From: Burkholderiales bacterium
GTDB taxonomy: Bacteria; Pseudomonadota; Gammaproteobacteria; Burkholderiales; SG8-39
Assembly (NCBI GenBank): GCA_965279075.1
Contig: CBDIHI010000009.1
Span: 2,863-66,862 of the forward strand
Direction: 5' to 3'
Length of the DNA stretch: 64,000 bases
Below are positions 19,491 through 31,700 of this stretch, in pieces (the stretch's first letter is position 1; every line of letters begins with the position of its first letter). The position numbers were made by a program, and so were the translations under genes. The notes below the pieces were generated by a model. That model did not search any database. It saw nothing but the letters and a program-made list of their open reading frames with translations, and had not been told where the DNA came from.

Positions 19491-19713
19491 TTTCGAATTA
19501 TGGCGAACTTAGGACAATCCCGCCACCGGAGCTGGCGCCACGGGGAGTCGCTCCGTAAGTCGGAAGGAGACGCTCAGGAAAAAGGCGGCGGGGCTACCAC
19601 CCTTCCACCTTGGCCTGCGGGGATCCAAGGGGAACGCGCATCTATACCTCTTGCCCTGTCGCCTTGAATCGCGGCCGGTCCGGGGCGTCCCCTGATGGCC
19701 CCGGTGCGCGAGG

Positions 19714-22700
19714 TCAGCCGCCGCACCCCGCCCCTCCTGCGGCGGACACCGCCGCGGCAACCGCAGCCGCACCTGCAGGGGTTAACCCGGCTGAACCGGC
19801 AGACACGTCCGCCGTGGCCGCTTTGCCGTTGCACTTCATGGTCCCGACCTTCACCGGAGCCGATTGGACCCCGGAGGCCGAAATGATCGTAAGGTAGATG
19901 ATCCCGTCGTTGACAGTGACGGTGCCGGTTCCCCTGAGTTCCACGGTCGAGCCGGGAGCAGCCGTCGTAAAGACGACGGGTAGCGGCGTCAGGATGCTCG
20001 GCAGCGGATCTCCTTCGGGGGGCATGCTGGTCCCGCCAGCCGCATCGACAGAGGTTTGAAGCGAAAGCGCTGTGCCCGGGGAAGGTGTGGTGCCGTTCTG
20101 GATATCCTCGGCCGCCGCGTCCTTCTGGGCGCCCGCCTTCTGGGCTTCGGAAGTCGATATGCCCACGGACGACTGCACGTTCGCCACGGCGTTGCTGGAC
20201 GCGATGGCGGTAGCGTTGGCGGCCTGGACGATCGAGCTCGTGGATCCTCCGAGGAAGGCCGTGACCGACGAGTTCGTCGCGAACACCCGGTTGGTCGGGG
20301 ATGTTGCGGCCGTATAGACCAGCGTGCTCGCCTGCGTCACCTGCAGGTTGACCGGCACCGTGATCAGTTGCAGCGCGGTGCCTGAAGTATTACCCCCGAG
20401 GACCGCCCCCGGCGCACCGGTAATCGTCACCGTCCCGGCCGTATCGACCGACAGCGTGTTGGTCGTGAAGTTGTTGATCGAAATCTGCCCGCCGTTGTTG
20501 CTCTTCAGGGTGACGTTCGTCCCGCCGATGGACGGATCGTTGATCGTGATCATCTGCGTTGCCGCGTCCACCACGGTGCCGGTGGCAGTCACCGTCACGC
20601 CGTTGGCGAAGTTCGACTGGCCGGGCAGGTCGGTGGTCAGGCTGCCGACCGTCACCGGGCCGTTGTAGGCGGTGTTTCCGCTGTCGTTGACCGTCAGCGC
20701 CTGCGTGCCGGTGATGCTGCTGCTGAACACGTTGGCCACGCCGGTCAGGGTGGTTGCGGAGCCCAGGGTTACGGCATCACCGTAGCTCTGTGCCCCGGTG
20801 GTCCTCACCGATCCGCCGTTGATCGCGGTGGTCCCGCCCGCGTCTGTGGTCAGGGAAGTGAGTGCGGCGCCGTTACCAACCGCCCCGCCGAAGGTGGTCG
20901 TGCCTGTGGTGTTGACAGTCAGCGCTTGGCCGCCGTTCACGGTGCTTGCGAAGGAGATCGCTCCACCACCGGTGGAGGCGAGGGTGGTCAAGCCACCCAG
21001 AGTCACCGCGCCCGTGTAGGTCTGCGTTCCCGCCGCACCGATGTTTCCGCTCAGCGTGGTGGCTGCTGCGCTGCTGAGGCTGCCGGTGAGGGAACCGCCG
21101 ACGCCGTTGATGGCGCTGACGCCGGTTGCGGTCAGGTTCTCAAACGAAGTCCAGAAGACCGTGCCGTTGTTACCCGCGTTCGCGCCCGTCAGGTTGTACG
21201 TCTGGCCCGCGCCGGTAATCGTGTCGACGTTCGCGCTGCCCGTCGCGGTCGTTACGCCGCTCCAGCCGGCCATGCCGGTGCTGCCTGCCCCACCGTTCAG
21301 GTCGAACGTCACCGGCGTGCCGTATGCGGCGTAGCTGATCGTGCCGTTCGTCCCGAGGGCTGCGGTGCCCGAGATGCTGCCGGCGGTCCCCATGTTGAGG
21401 GTGCCCGTGCCGGTGTCGGTGATGTTGGCGAACCCGCTCCAGGCGTAGCCGCTGCCACTGCCGGAGTTTTGGGTCACGTTGTCCAGCGTGTAGGTCACGC
21501 TTGCGCCCGAGATCGTGCTGGCGCCATTGCCGGCCAGTGTGGTGAACCCGGCATAGCCGCCGGTGACGTTTGCGGTCGTGCCAGAGGCAGCACCGGTCAG
21601 GGTGAAGGTGCCGACGACCCCCGTGATCGCGCCCGTACCGGACACCGTCGAGGCCGCTGCGAACGTCATCCCAAGGCTGCTCTTGTCCGTATCGTTGAAG
21701 CCCTGCGCTCCGGCCACCGTCGTCGCATCCGCCGCGGTGAACCCGCTATACCCGCCCACGATCTGCGCCGTCGTGCCCGCCGTCGTGCCCGTCAGCGTGA
21801 ACGTCTGGCCGCTCATCCCCGTGATCGTGCCCGTGCCCGACACCGTCGTCGCCGCCGCGAACGTCATCCCCAGACTGCTCTTGTTCGCGTTGTTGAAGCT
21901 CTGCGCTCCCGCAACCACCTGGGCGTCAGCGGCCGTGAACCCGCTATACCCACCCGTGATCTGCGCCGTCGTGCCCGCCGTCGTGCCCGTCAGCGTGAAC
22001 GTGCCCGCCCCGATCCCGGTGATCGCACCCGTGCCCGACACCGTCGAAGCACTCGCAAACGACATCCCCAGGCTGCTGCGCTGCGCATCGTTGAAACCCT
22101 GCGCGCCCGCAACCGTCGTCGCATCCGCCGTCGTGAACCCGCTATACCCACCCGCCACGTTCGTCGTCGTGCCCGCCGTCGTACCCGTCAGCGTGAACGT
22201 CTGACCGCTCATCCCCGTGATCGCGCCCGTACCCGACACCGTCGAGACGCTCGCGAACGTCATCCCAAGGCTGCTGCGGTTGGCGTTGTTGAAGCTCTGC
22301 GCTCCGGCCACCGTCGTCGCATCCGCCGCCGTGAACCCGCTATACCCGCCCGTGATCTGCGCCGTCGTACCCGCCGTCGTGCCCGTCAGCGTGAACGTCT
22401 GGCCGCTCATCCCCGTGATCGTGCCCGTGCCCGACACCGTCGTGGCCGAGGCGAACGACATCCCCAGGCTGCTGCGCTGCGCATCATTGAAACCCTGCGC
22501 GCCCGCAACCACTTGAGCGTCGGCCGTCGTAAACCCGCTATACCCACCCGTGATCTGCGCCGTCGTGCCCGCCGTCGTGCCCGTCAGCGTGAACGTGCCC
22601 GCCCCGATCCCGGTGATCGCACCCGTGCCCGACACCGTCGAAGCACTCGCAAACGACATCCCCAGGCTGCTGCGCTGCGCATCGTTGAAACCCTGCGCGC

Positions 22701-25700
22701 CCGCAACCGTCGTCGCATCCGCCGTCGTGAACCCGCTGTAGCCGCCCGCCACGTTCGCCGTCGTGCCCGCCGTCGTGCCCGTCAGCGTGAACGTCTGACC
22801 GCTCATCCCCGTGATCGCGCCCGTGCCCGACACCGTCGAGACGCTCGCGAACGTCATCCCAAGGCTGCTGCGGTTGGCGTTGTTGAAGCTCTGCGCACCA
22901 GCAACCGTCGTCGCATCCGCCGCCGTGAACCCGCTATACCCGCCCGTGATCTGCGCCGTCGTACCCGCCGTCGTGCCCGTCAGCGTGAACGTCTGACCGG
23001 TCATGCCCGTGATCGCGCCCGTGCCCGACACCGTCGTGGCCGAGGCGAACGACATCCCCAGGCTGCTGCGCTGCGCATCATTGAAACCCTGCGCGCCCGC
23101 AACCACTTGAGCGTCGGCCGTCGTAAACCCGCTATACCCACCCGTGATCTGCGCCGTCGTGCCCGCCGTCGTGCCCGTCAGCGTGAACGTGCCCGCCCCG
23201 ATCCCGGTGATCGCACCCGTGCCCGACACCGTCGTGGCCGAGGCGAACGACATCCCCAGGCTGCTGCGCTGCGCATCATTGAAACCCTGCGCGCCCGCAA
23301 CCGTCGTCGCATCCGCCGTCGTGAACCCGCTATACCCACCCGCCACGTTCGTCGTCGTGCCCGCCGTCGTACCCGTCAGCGTGAACGTCTGACCGCTCAT
23401 CCCCGTGATCGCGCCCGTACCCGACACCGTCGAGACGCTCGCGAACGTCATCCCAAGGCTGCTGCGGTTGGCGTTGTTGAAACTCTGCGCACCAGCAACC
23501 GTCGTCGCATCCGCCGCGGTGAACCCGCTATACCCGCCCGTGATCTGCGCCGTCGTACCCGCCGTCGTGCCCGTCAGCGTGAACGTCTGGCCGCTCATCC
23601 CCGTGATCGTGCCCGTGCCCGACACCGTCGTCGCCGCCGCGAACGTCATCCCCAGGCTGCTCTTGTTCGCGTTGTTGAAGCTCTGCGCTCCCGCAACCAC
23701 CTGGGCGTCAGCTGCCGTGAACCCGCTATAGCCCCCGGTGATCTGCGCCGTCGTGCCCGCCGTCGTGCCCGTCAGCGTGAACGTGCCCGCCCCGATCCCG
23801 GTGATCGCACCCGTGCCCGACACCGTCGTGGCCGAGGCGAACGACATCCCCAGGCTGCTGCGCTGCGCATCATTGAAACCCTGCGCGCCCGCAACCACTT
23901 GAGCGTCGGCCGTCGTAAACCCGCTATACCCACCCGTGATCTGCGCCGTCGTGCCCGCCGTCGTGCCCGTCAGCGTGAACGTGCCCGCCCCGATCCCGGT
24001 GATCGCACCCGTGCCCGACACCGTCGTGGCCGAGGCGAACGACATCCCCAGGCTGCTGCGCTGCGCATCATTGAAACCCTGCGCGCCCGCAACCGTCGTC
24101 GCATCCGCCGTCGTGAACCCGCTATACCCACCCGCCACGTTCGTCGTCGTGCCCGCCGTCGTACCCGTCAGCGTGAACGTCTGACCGCTCATCCCCGTGA
24201 TCGCGCCCGTACCCGACACCGTCGAGACGCTCGCGAACGTCATCCCAAGGCTGCTGCGGTTGGCGTTGTTGAAACTCTGCGCACCAGCAACCGTCGTCGC
24301 ATCCGCCGCGGTGAACCCGCTATACCCGCCCGTGATCTGCGCCGTCGTACCCGCCGTCGTGCCCGTCAGCGTGAACGTCTGGCCGCTCATCCCCGTGATC
24401 GTGCCCGTGCCCGACACCGTCGTCGCCGCCGCGAACGTCATCCCCAGGCTGCTCTTGTTCGCGTTGTTGAAGCTCTGCGCTCCCGCAACCACCTGGGCGT
24501 CAGCTGCCGTGAACCCGCTATAGCCCCCGGTGATCTGCGCCGTCGTGCCCGCCGTCGTGCCCGTCAGCGTGAACGTGCCCGCCCCGATCCCGGTGATCGC
24601 ACCCGTGCCCGACACCGTCGAAGCACTCGCAAACGACATCCCCAGGCTGCTGCGCTGCGCATCGTTGAAACCCTGCGCGCCCGCAACCGTCGTCGCATCC
24701 GCCGTCGTGAACCCGCTGTAGCCGCCCGCCACGTTCGCCGTCGTGCCCGCCGTCGTGCCCGTCAGCGTGAACGTCTGACCGCTCATCCCCGTGATCGCGC
24801 CCGTGCCCGACACCGTCGAGACGCTCGCGAACGTCATCCCAAGGCTGCTGCGGTTGGCGTTGTTGAAGCTCTGCGCACCAGCAACCGTCGTCGCATCCGC
24901 CGCCGTGAACCCGCTATACCCGCCCGTGATCTGCGCCGTCGTACCCGCCGTCGTGCCCGTCAGCGTGAACGTCTGGCCGCTCATCCCCGTGATCGTGCCC
25001 GTGCCCGACACCGTCGTGGCCGAGGCGAACGACATCCCCAGGCTGCTGCGCTGCGCATCATTGAAACCCTGCGCGCCCGCAACCACTTGAGCGTCGGCCG
25101 TCGTAAACCCGCTATACCCACCCGTGATCTGCGCCGTCGTGCCCGCCGTCGTGCCCGTCAGCGTGAACGTGCCCGCCCCGATCCCGGTGATCGCACCCGT
25201 GCCCGACACCGTCGTGGCCGAGGCGAACGACATCCCCAGGCTGCTGCGCTGCGCATCATTGAAACCCTGCGCGCCCGCAACCGTCGTCGCATCCGCCGTC
25301 GTGAACCCGCTGTAGCCGCCCGCCACGTTCGTCGTCGTGCCCGCCGTCGTACCCGTCAGCGTGAACGTCTGACCGCTCATCCCCGTGATCGCACCCGTAC
25401 CCGACACCGTCGAGACGCTCGCGAACGTCATCCCAAGGCTGCTGCGGTTGGCGTTGTTGAAACTCTGCGCACCAGCAACCGTCGTCGCATCCGCCGCGGT
25501 GAACCCGCTATACCCGCCCGTGATCTGCGCCGTCGTACCCGCCGTCGTGCCCGTCAGCGTGAACGTCTGGCCGCTCATCCCCGTGATCGTGCCCGTGCCC
25601 GACACCGTCGTCGCCGCCGCGAACGTCATCCCCAGGCTGCTCTTGTTCGCGTTGTTGAAGCTCTGCGCACCAGCAACCGTCGTCGCATCCGCCGCGGTGA

Positions 25701-28700
25701 ACCCGCTATACCCGCCCACGATCTGCGCCGTCGTGCCCGCCGTCGTGCCCGTCAGCGTGAACGTGCCCGCCCCGATCCCGGTGATCGCACCCGTGCCCGA
25801 CACCGTCGTGGCCGAGGCGAACGACATCCCCAGGCTGCTGCGCTGCGCATCATTGAAACCCTGCGCGCCCGCAACCACTTGAGCGTCGGCCGTCGTAAAC
25901 CCGCTATACCCACCCGTGATCTGCGCCGTCGTGCCCGCCGTCGTGCCCGTCAGCGTGAACGTGCCCGCCCCGATCCCGGTGATCGCACCCGTGCCCGACA
26001 CCGTCGAAGCACTCGCAAACGACATCCCCAGGCTGCTGCGCTGCGCATCATTGAAACCCTGCGCGCCCGCAACCGTCGTCGCATCCGCCGTCGTGAACCC
26101 GCTGTAGCCGCCCGCCACGTTCGTCGTCGTGCCCGCCGTCGTACCCGTCAGCGTGAACGTCTGACCGCTCATCCCCGTGATCGCACCCGTACCCGACACC
26201 GTCGAGACGCTCGCGAACGTCATCCCAAGGCTGCTGCGGTTGGCGTTGTTGAAACTCTGCGCACCAGCAACCGTCGTCGCATCCGCCGCGGTGAACCCGC
26301 TATACCCGCCCGTGATCTGCGCCGTCGTACCCGCCGTCGTGCCCGTCAGCGTGAACGTCTGGCCGCTCATCCCCGTGATCGTGCCCGTGCCCGACACCGT
26401 CGTCGCCGCCGCGAACGTCATCCCCAGGCTGCTCTTGTTCGCGTTGTTGAAGCTCTGCGCTCCCGCAACCACCTGGGCGTCAGCTGCCGTGAACCCGCTA
26501 TAGCCCCCGGTGATCTGCGCCGTCGTGCCCGCCGTCGTGCCCGTCAGCGTGAACGTGCCCGCCCCGATCCCGGTGATCGCACCCGTGCCCGACACCGTCG
26601 AAGCACTCGCAAACGACATCCCCAGGCTGCTGCGCTGCGCATCGTTGAAACCCTGCGCGCCCGCAACCGTCGTCGCATCCGCCGTCGTGAACCCGCTGTA
26701 GCCGCCCGCCACGTTCGCCGTCGTGCCCGCCGTCGTGCCCGTCAGCGTGAACGTCTGACCGCTCATCCCCGTGATCGCGCCCGTGCCCGACACCGTCGAG
26801 ACGCTCGCGAACGTCATCCCAAGGCTGCTGCGGTTGGCGTTGTTGAAGCTCTGCGCACCAGCAACCGTCGTCGCATCCGCCGCCGTGAACCCGCTATACC
26901 CGCCCGTGATCTGCGCCGTCGTACCCGCCGTCGTGCCCGTCAGCGTGAACGTCTGGCCGCTCATCCCCGTGATCGTGCCCGTGCCCGACACCGTCGTGGC
27001 CGAGGCGAACGACATCCCCAGGCTGCTGCGCTGCGCATCATTGAAACCCTGCGCGCCCGCAACCACTTGAGCGTCGGCCGTCGTAAACCCGCTATACCCA
27101 CCCGTGATCTGCGCCGTCGTGCCCGCCGTCGTGCCCGTCAGCGTGAACGTGCCCGCCCCGATCCCGGTGATCGCACCCGTGCCCGACACCGTCGTGGCCG
27201 AGGCGAACGACATCCCCAGGCTGCTGCGCTGCGCATCATTGAAACCCTGCGCGCCCGCAACCGTCGTCGCATCCGCCGTCGTGAACCCGCTATACCCACC
27301 CGCCACGTTCGTCGTCGTGCCCGCCGTCGTACCCGTCAGCGTGAACGTCTGACCGCTCATCCCCGTGATCGCGCCCGTACCCGACACCGTCGAGACGCTC
27401 GCGAACGTCATCCCAAGGCTGCTGCGGTTGGCGTTGTTGAAACTCTGCGCACCAGCAACCGTCGTCGCATCCGCCGCGGTGAACCCGCTATACCCGCCCG
27501 TGATCTGCGCCGTCGTACCCGCCGTCGTGCCCGTCAGCGTGAACGTCTGGCCGCTCATCCCCGTGATCGTGCCCGTGCCCGACACCGTCGTCGCCGCCGC
27601 GAACGTCATCCCCAGGCTGCTCTTGTTCGCGTTGTTGAAGCTCTGCGCACCAGCAACCGTCGTCGCATCCGCCGCGGTGAACCCGCTATACCCGCCCACG
27701 ATCTGCGCCGTCGTGCCCGCCGTCGTGCCCGTCAGCGTGAACGTCTGGCCGCTCATCCCCGTGATCGTGCCCGTGCCCGACACCGTCGTCGCCGCCGCGA
27801 ACGTCATCCCCAGGCTGCTCTTGTTCGCGTTGTTGAAGCTCTGCGCTCCCGCAACCACTTGAGCGTCAGCGGCCGTAAACCCGCTATACCCACCCGTGAT
27901 CTGCGCCGTCGTGCCCGCCGTCGTGCCCGTCAGCGTGAACGTGCCCGCCCCGATCCCGGTGATCGCACCCGTGCCCGACACCGTCGAAGCACTCGCAAAC
28001 GACATCCCCAGGCTGCTGCGCTGCGCATCGTTGAAACCCTGCGCGCCCGCAACCGTCGTCGCATCCGCCGTCGTGAACCCGCTGTAGCCGCCCGCCACGT
28101 TCGTCGTCGTGCCCGCCGTCGTACCCGTCAGCGTGAACGTCTGACCGCTCATCCCCGTGATCGCACCCGTACCCGACACCGTCGAGACGCTCGCGAACGT
28201 CATCCCAAGGCTGCTGCGGTTGGCGTTGTTGAAACTCTGCGCACCAGCAACCGTCGTCGCATCCGCCGCGGTGAACCCGCTATACCCGCCCGTGATCTGC
28301 GCCGTCGTACCCGCCGTCGTGCCCGTCAGCGTGAACGTCTGGCCGCTCATCCCCGTGATCGTGCCCGTGCCCGACACCGTCGTCGCCGCCGCGAACGTCA
28401 TCCCCAGGCTGCTCTTGTTCGCGTTGTTGAAGCTCTGCGCTCCCGCAACCACCTGGGCGTCAGCTGCCGTGAACCCGCTATAGCCCCCGGTGATCTGCGC
28501 CGTCGTGCCCGCCGTCGTGCCCGTCAGCGTGAACGTGCCCGCCCCGATCCCGGTGATCGCACCCGTGCCCGACACCGTCGTGGCCGAGGCGAACGACATC
28601 CCCAGGCTGCTGCGCTGCGCATCATTGAAACCCTGCGCGCCCGCAACCACTTGAGCGTCGGCCGTCGTAAACCCGCTATACCCACCCGTGATCTGCGCCG

Positions 28701-31700
28701 TCGTGCCCGCCGTCGTGCCCGTCAGCGTGAACGTGCCCGCCCCGATCCCGGTGATCGCACCCGTGCCCGACACCGTCGTGGCCGAGGCGAACGACATCCC
28801 CAGGCTGCTGCGCTGCGCATCGTTGAAACCCTGCGCGCCCGCAACCGTCGTCGCATCCGCCGTCGTGAACCCGCTGTAGCCGCCCGCCACGTTCGCCGTC
28901 GTGCCCGCCGTCGTGCCCGTCAGCGTGAACGTCTGACCGCTCATCCCCGTGATCGCGCCCGTGCCCGACACCGTCGAGACGCTCGCGAACGTCATCCCAA
29001 GGCTGCTGCGGTTGGCGTTGTTGAAGCTCTGCGCACCAGCAACCGTCGTCGCATCCGCCGCCGTGAACCCGCTATACCCGCCCGTGATCTGCGCCGTCGT
29101 ACCCGCCGTCGTGCCCGTCAGCGTGAACGTCTGACCGGTCATGCCCGTGATCGCGCCCGTGCCCGACACCGTCGTGGCCGAGGCGAACGACATCCCCAGG
29201 CTGCTGCGCTGCGCATCATTGAAACCCTGCGCGCCCGCAACCACTTGAGCGTCGGCCGTCGTAAACCCGCTATACCCACCCGTGATCTGCGCCGTCGTGC
29301 CCGCCGTCGTGCCCGTCAGCGTGAACGTGCCCGCCCCGATCCCGGTGATCGCACCCGTGCCCGACACCGTCGTGGCCGAGGCGAACGACATCCCCAGGCT
29401 GCTGCGCTGCGCATCATTGAAACCCTGCGCGCCCGCAACCGTCGTCGCATCCGCCGTCGTGAACCCGCTATACCCACCCGCCACGTTCGTCGTCGTGCCC
29501 GCCGTCGTACCCGTCAGCGTGAACGTCTGACCGCTCATCCCCGTGATCGCGCCCGTACCCGACACCGTCGAGACGCTCGCGAACGTCATCCCAAGGCTGC
29601 TGCGGTTGGCGTTGTTGAAACTCTGCGCACCAGCAACCGTCGTCGCATCCGCCGCGGTGAACCCGCTATACCCGCCCGTGATCTGCGCCGTCGTACCCGC
29701 CGTCGTGCCCGTCAGCGTGAACGTCTGGCCGCTCATCCCCGTGATCGTGCCCGTGCCCGACACCGTCGTCGCCGCCGCGAACGTCATCCCCAGGCTGCTC
29801 TTGTTCGCGTTGTTGAAGCTCTGCGCTCCCGCAACCACCTGGGCGTCAGCTGCCGTGAACCCGCTATAGCCCCCGGTGATCTGCGCCGTCGTGCCCGCCG
29901 TCGTGCCCGTCAGCGTGAACGTGCCCGCCCCGATCCCGGTGATCGCGCCCGTGCCCGACACCGTCGTGGCCGAGGCGAACGACATCCCCAGGCTGCTGCG
30001 CTGCGCATCATTGAAACCCTGCGCGCCCGCAACCACTTGAGCGTCGGCCGTCGTAAACCCGCTATACCCACCCGTGATCTGCGCCGTCGTGCCCGCCGTC
30101 GTGCCCGTCAGCGTGAACGTGCCCGCCCCGATCCCGGTGATCGCACCCGTGCCCGACACCGTCGTGGCCGAGGCGAACGACATCCCCAGGCTGCTGCGCT
30201 GCGCATCATTGAAACCCTGCGCGCCCGCAACCGTCGTCGCATCCGCCGTCGTGAACCCGCTATACCCACCCGCCACGTTCGTCGTCGTGCCCGCCGTCGT
30301 ACCCGTCAGCGTGAACGTCTGACCGCTCATCCCCGTGATCGCGCCCGTACCCGACACCGTCGAGACGCTCGCGAACGTCATCCCAAGGCTGCTGCGGTTG
30401 GCGTTGTTGAAACTCTGCGCACCAGCAACCGTCGTCGCATCCGCCGCCGTGAACCCGCTATACCCGCCCGTGATCTGCGCCGTCGTACCCGCCGTCGTGC
30501 CCGTCAGCGTGAACGTCTGACCGGTCATGCCCGTGATCGCGCCCGTGCCCGACACCGTCGTGGCCGAGGCGAACGACATCCCCAGGCTGCTGCGCTGCGC
30601 ATCATTGAAACCCTGCGCGCCCGCAACCACTTGAGCGTCGGCCGTCGTAAACCCGCTATACCCACCCGTGATCTGCGCCGTCGTGCCCGCCGTCGTGCCC
30701 GTCAGCGTGAACGTGCCCGCCCCGATCCCGGTGATCGCACCCGTGCCCGACACCGTCGTGGCCGAGGCGAACGACATCCCCAGGCTGCTGCGCTGCGCAT
30801 CATTGAAACCCTGCGCGCCCGCAACCGTCGTCGCATCCGCCGTCGTGAACCCGCTATACCCACCCGCCACGTTCGTCGTCGTGCCCGCCGTCGTACCCGT
30901 CAGCGTGAACGTCTGACCGCTCATCCCCGTGATCGCGCCCGTACCCGACACCGTCGAGACGCTCGCGAACGTCATCCCAAGGCTGCTGCGGTTGGCGTTG
31001 TTGAAACTCTGCGCACCAGCAACCGTCGTCGCATCCGCCGCCGTGAACCCGCTATACCCGCCCGTGATCTGCGCCGTCGTACCCGCCGTCGTGCCCGTCA
31101 GCGTGAACGTCTGACCGGTCATGCCCGTGATCGCGCCCGTGCCCGACACCGTCGTGGCCGAGGCGAACGACATCCCCAGGCTGCTGCGCTGCGCATCATT
31201 GAAACCCTGCGCGCCCGCAACCACTTGAGCGTCGGCCGTCGTAAACCCGCTATACCCACCCGTGATCTGCGCCGTCGTGCCCGCCGTCGTGCCCGTCAGC
31301 GTGAACGTGCCCGCCCCGATCCCGGTGATCGCACCCGTGCCCGACACCGTCGTGGCCGAGGCGAATGTCATGCCTCGGGTGGTCTTTGTAGCGTCGTTGA
31401 AATCCGATGCGCCCGCCACCACCTTTGCGTCCGCAGAACCAAAGCTATTGAAGGTAATCCCGCTTGCCGTCCCCACTTGAGTGTTGCTCAGCGTAAACGT
31501 GTTGTTGCCAAGACCTGTGATCGCCCCTCCGGTGGAAGACGTCGCCGTTCCCGTGCTCGTTTGTAGCGCTCCAACGAAGATGAAGTTCGCAACGTTAGTC
31601 AGCGTGCCGTTGAATGTAATGCTTGAACCGGTAAGTGTCAGACTATTGGCACTTGCGTTGACCGCGCCGTCCGTCCAGTTGATCGTGCCACCGCCAGTAC

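Noticed and set aside
19714-20400. CdiA-type toxin/immunity interpretation of tpsA
   Set aside because: No VENN/DUF637 pre-toxin motif, no recognisable toxin domain and no small immunity gene downstream.
21620-31400. Possible CRISPR array or non-coding satellite
   Set aside because: No unique spacers and no cas genes; the repeats are in-frame codons of a single TpsA ORF.
20926-31566. 3546-aa Arg-rich ORF on the + strand
   Set aside because: Antisense shadow of the tpsA repeat array. One stop-free frame in a GC-rich 198-bp unit propagates across all copies, and the composition is implausible for a real protein.
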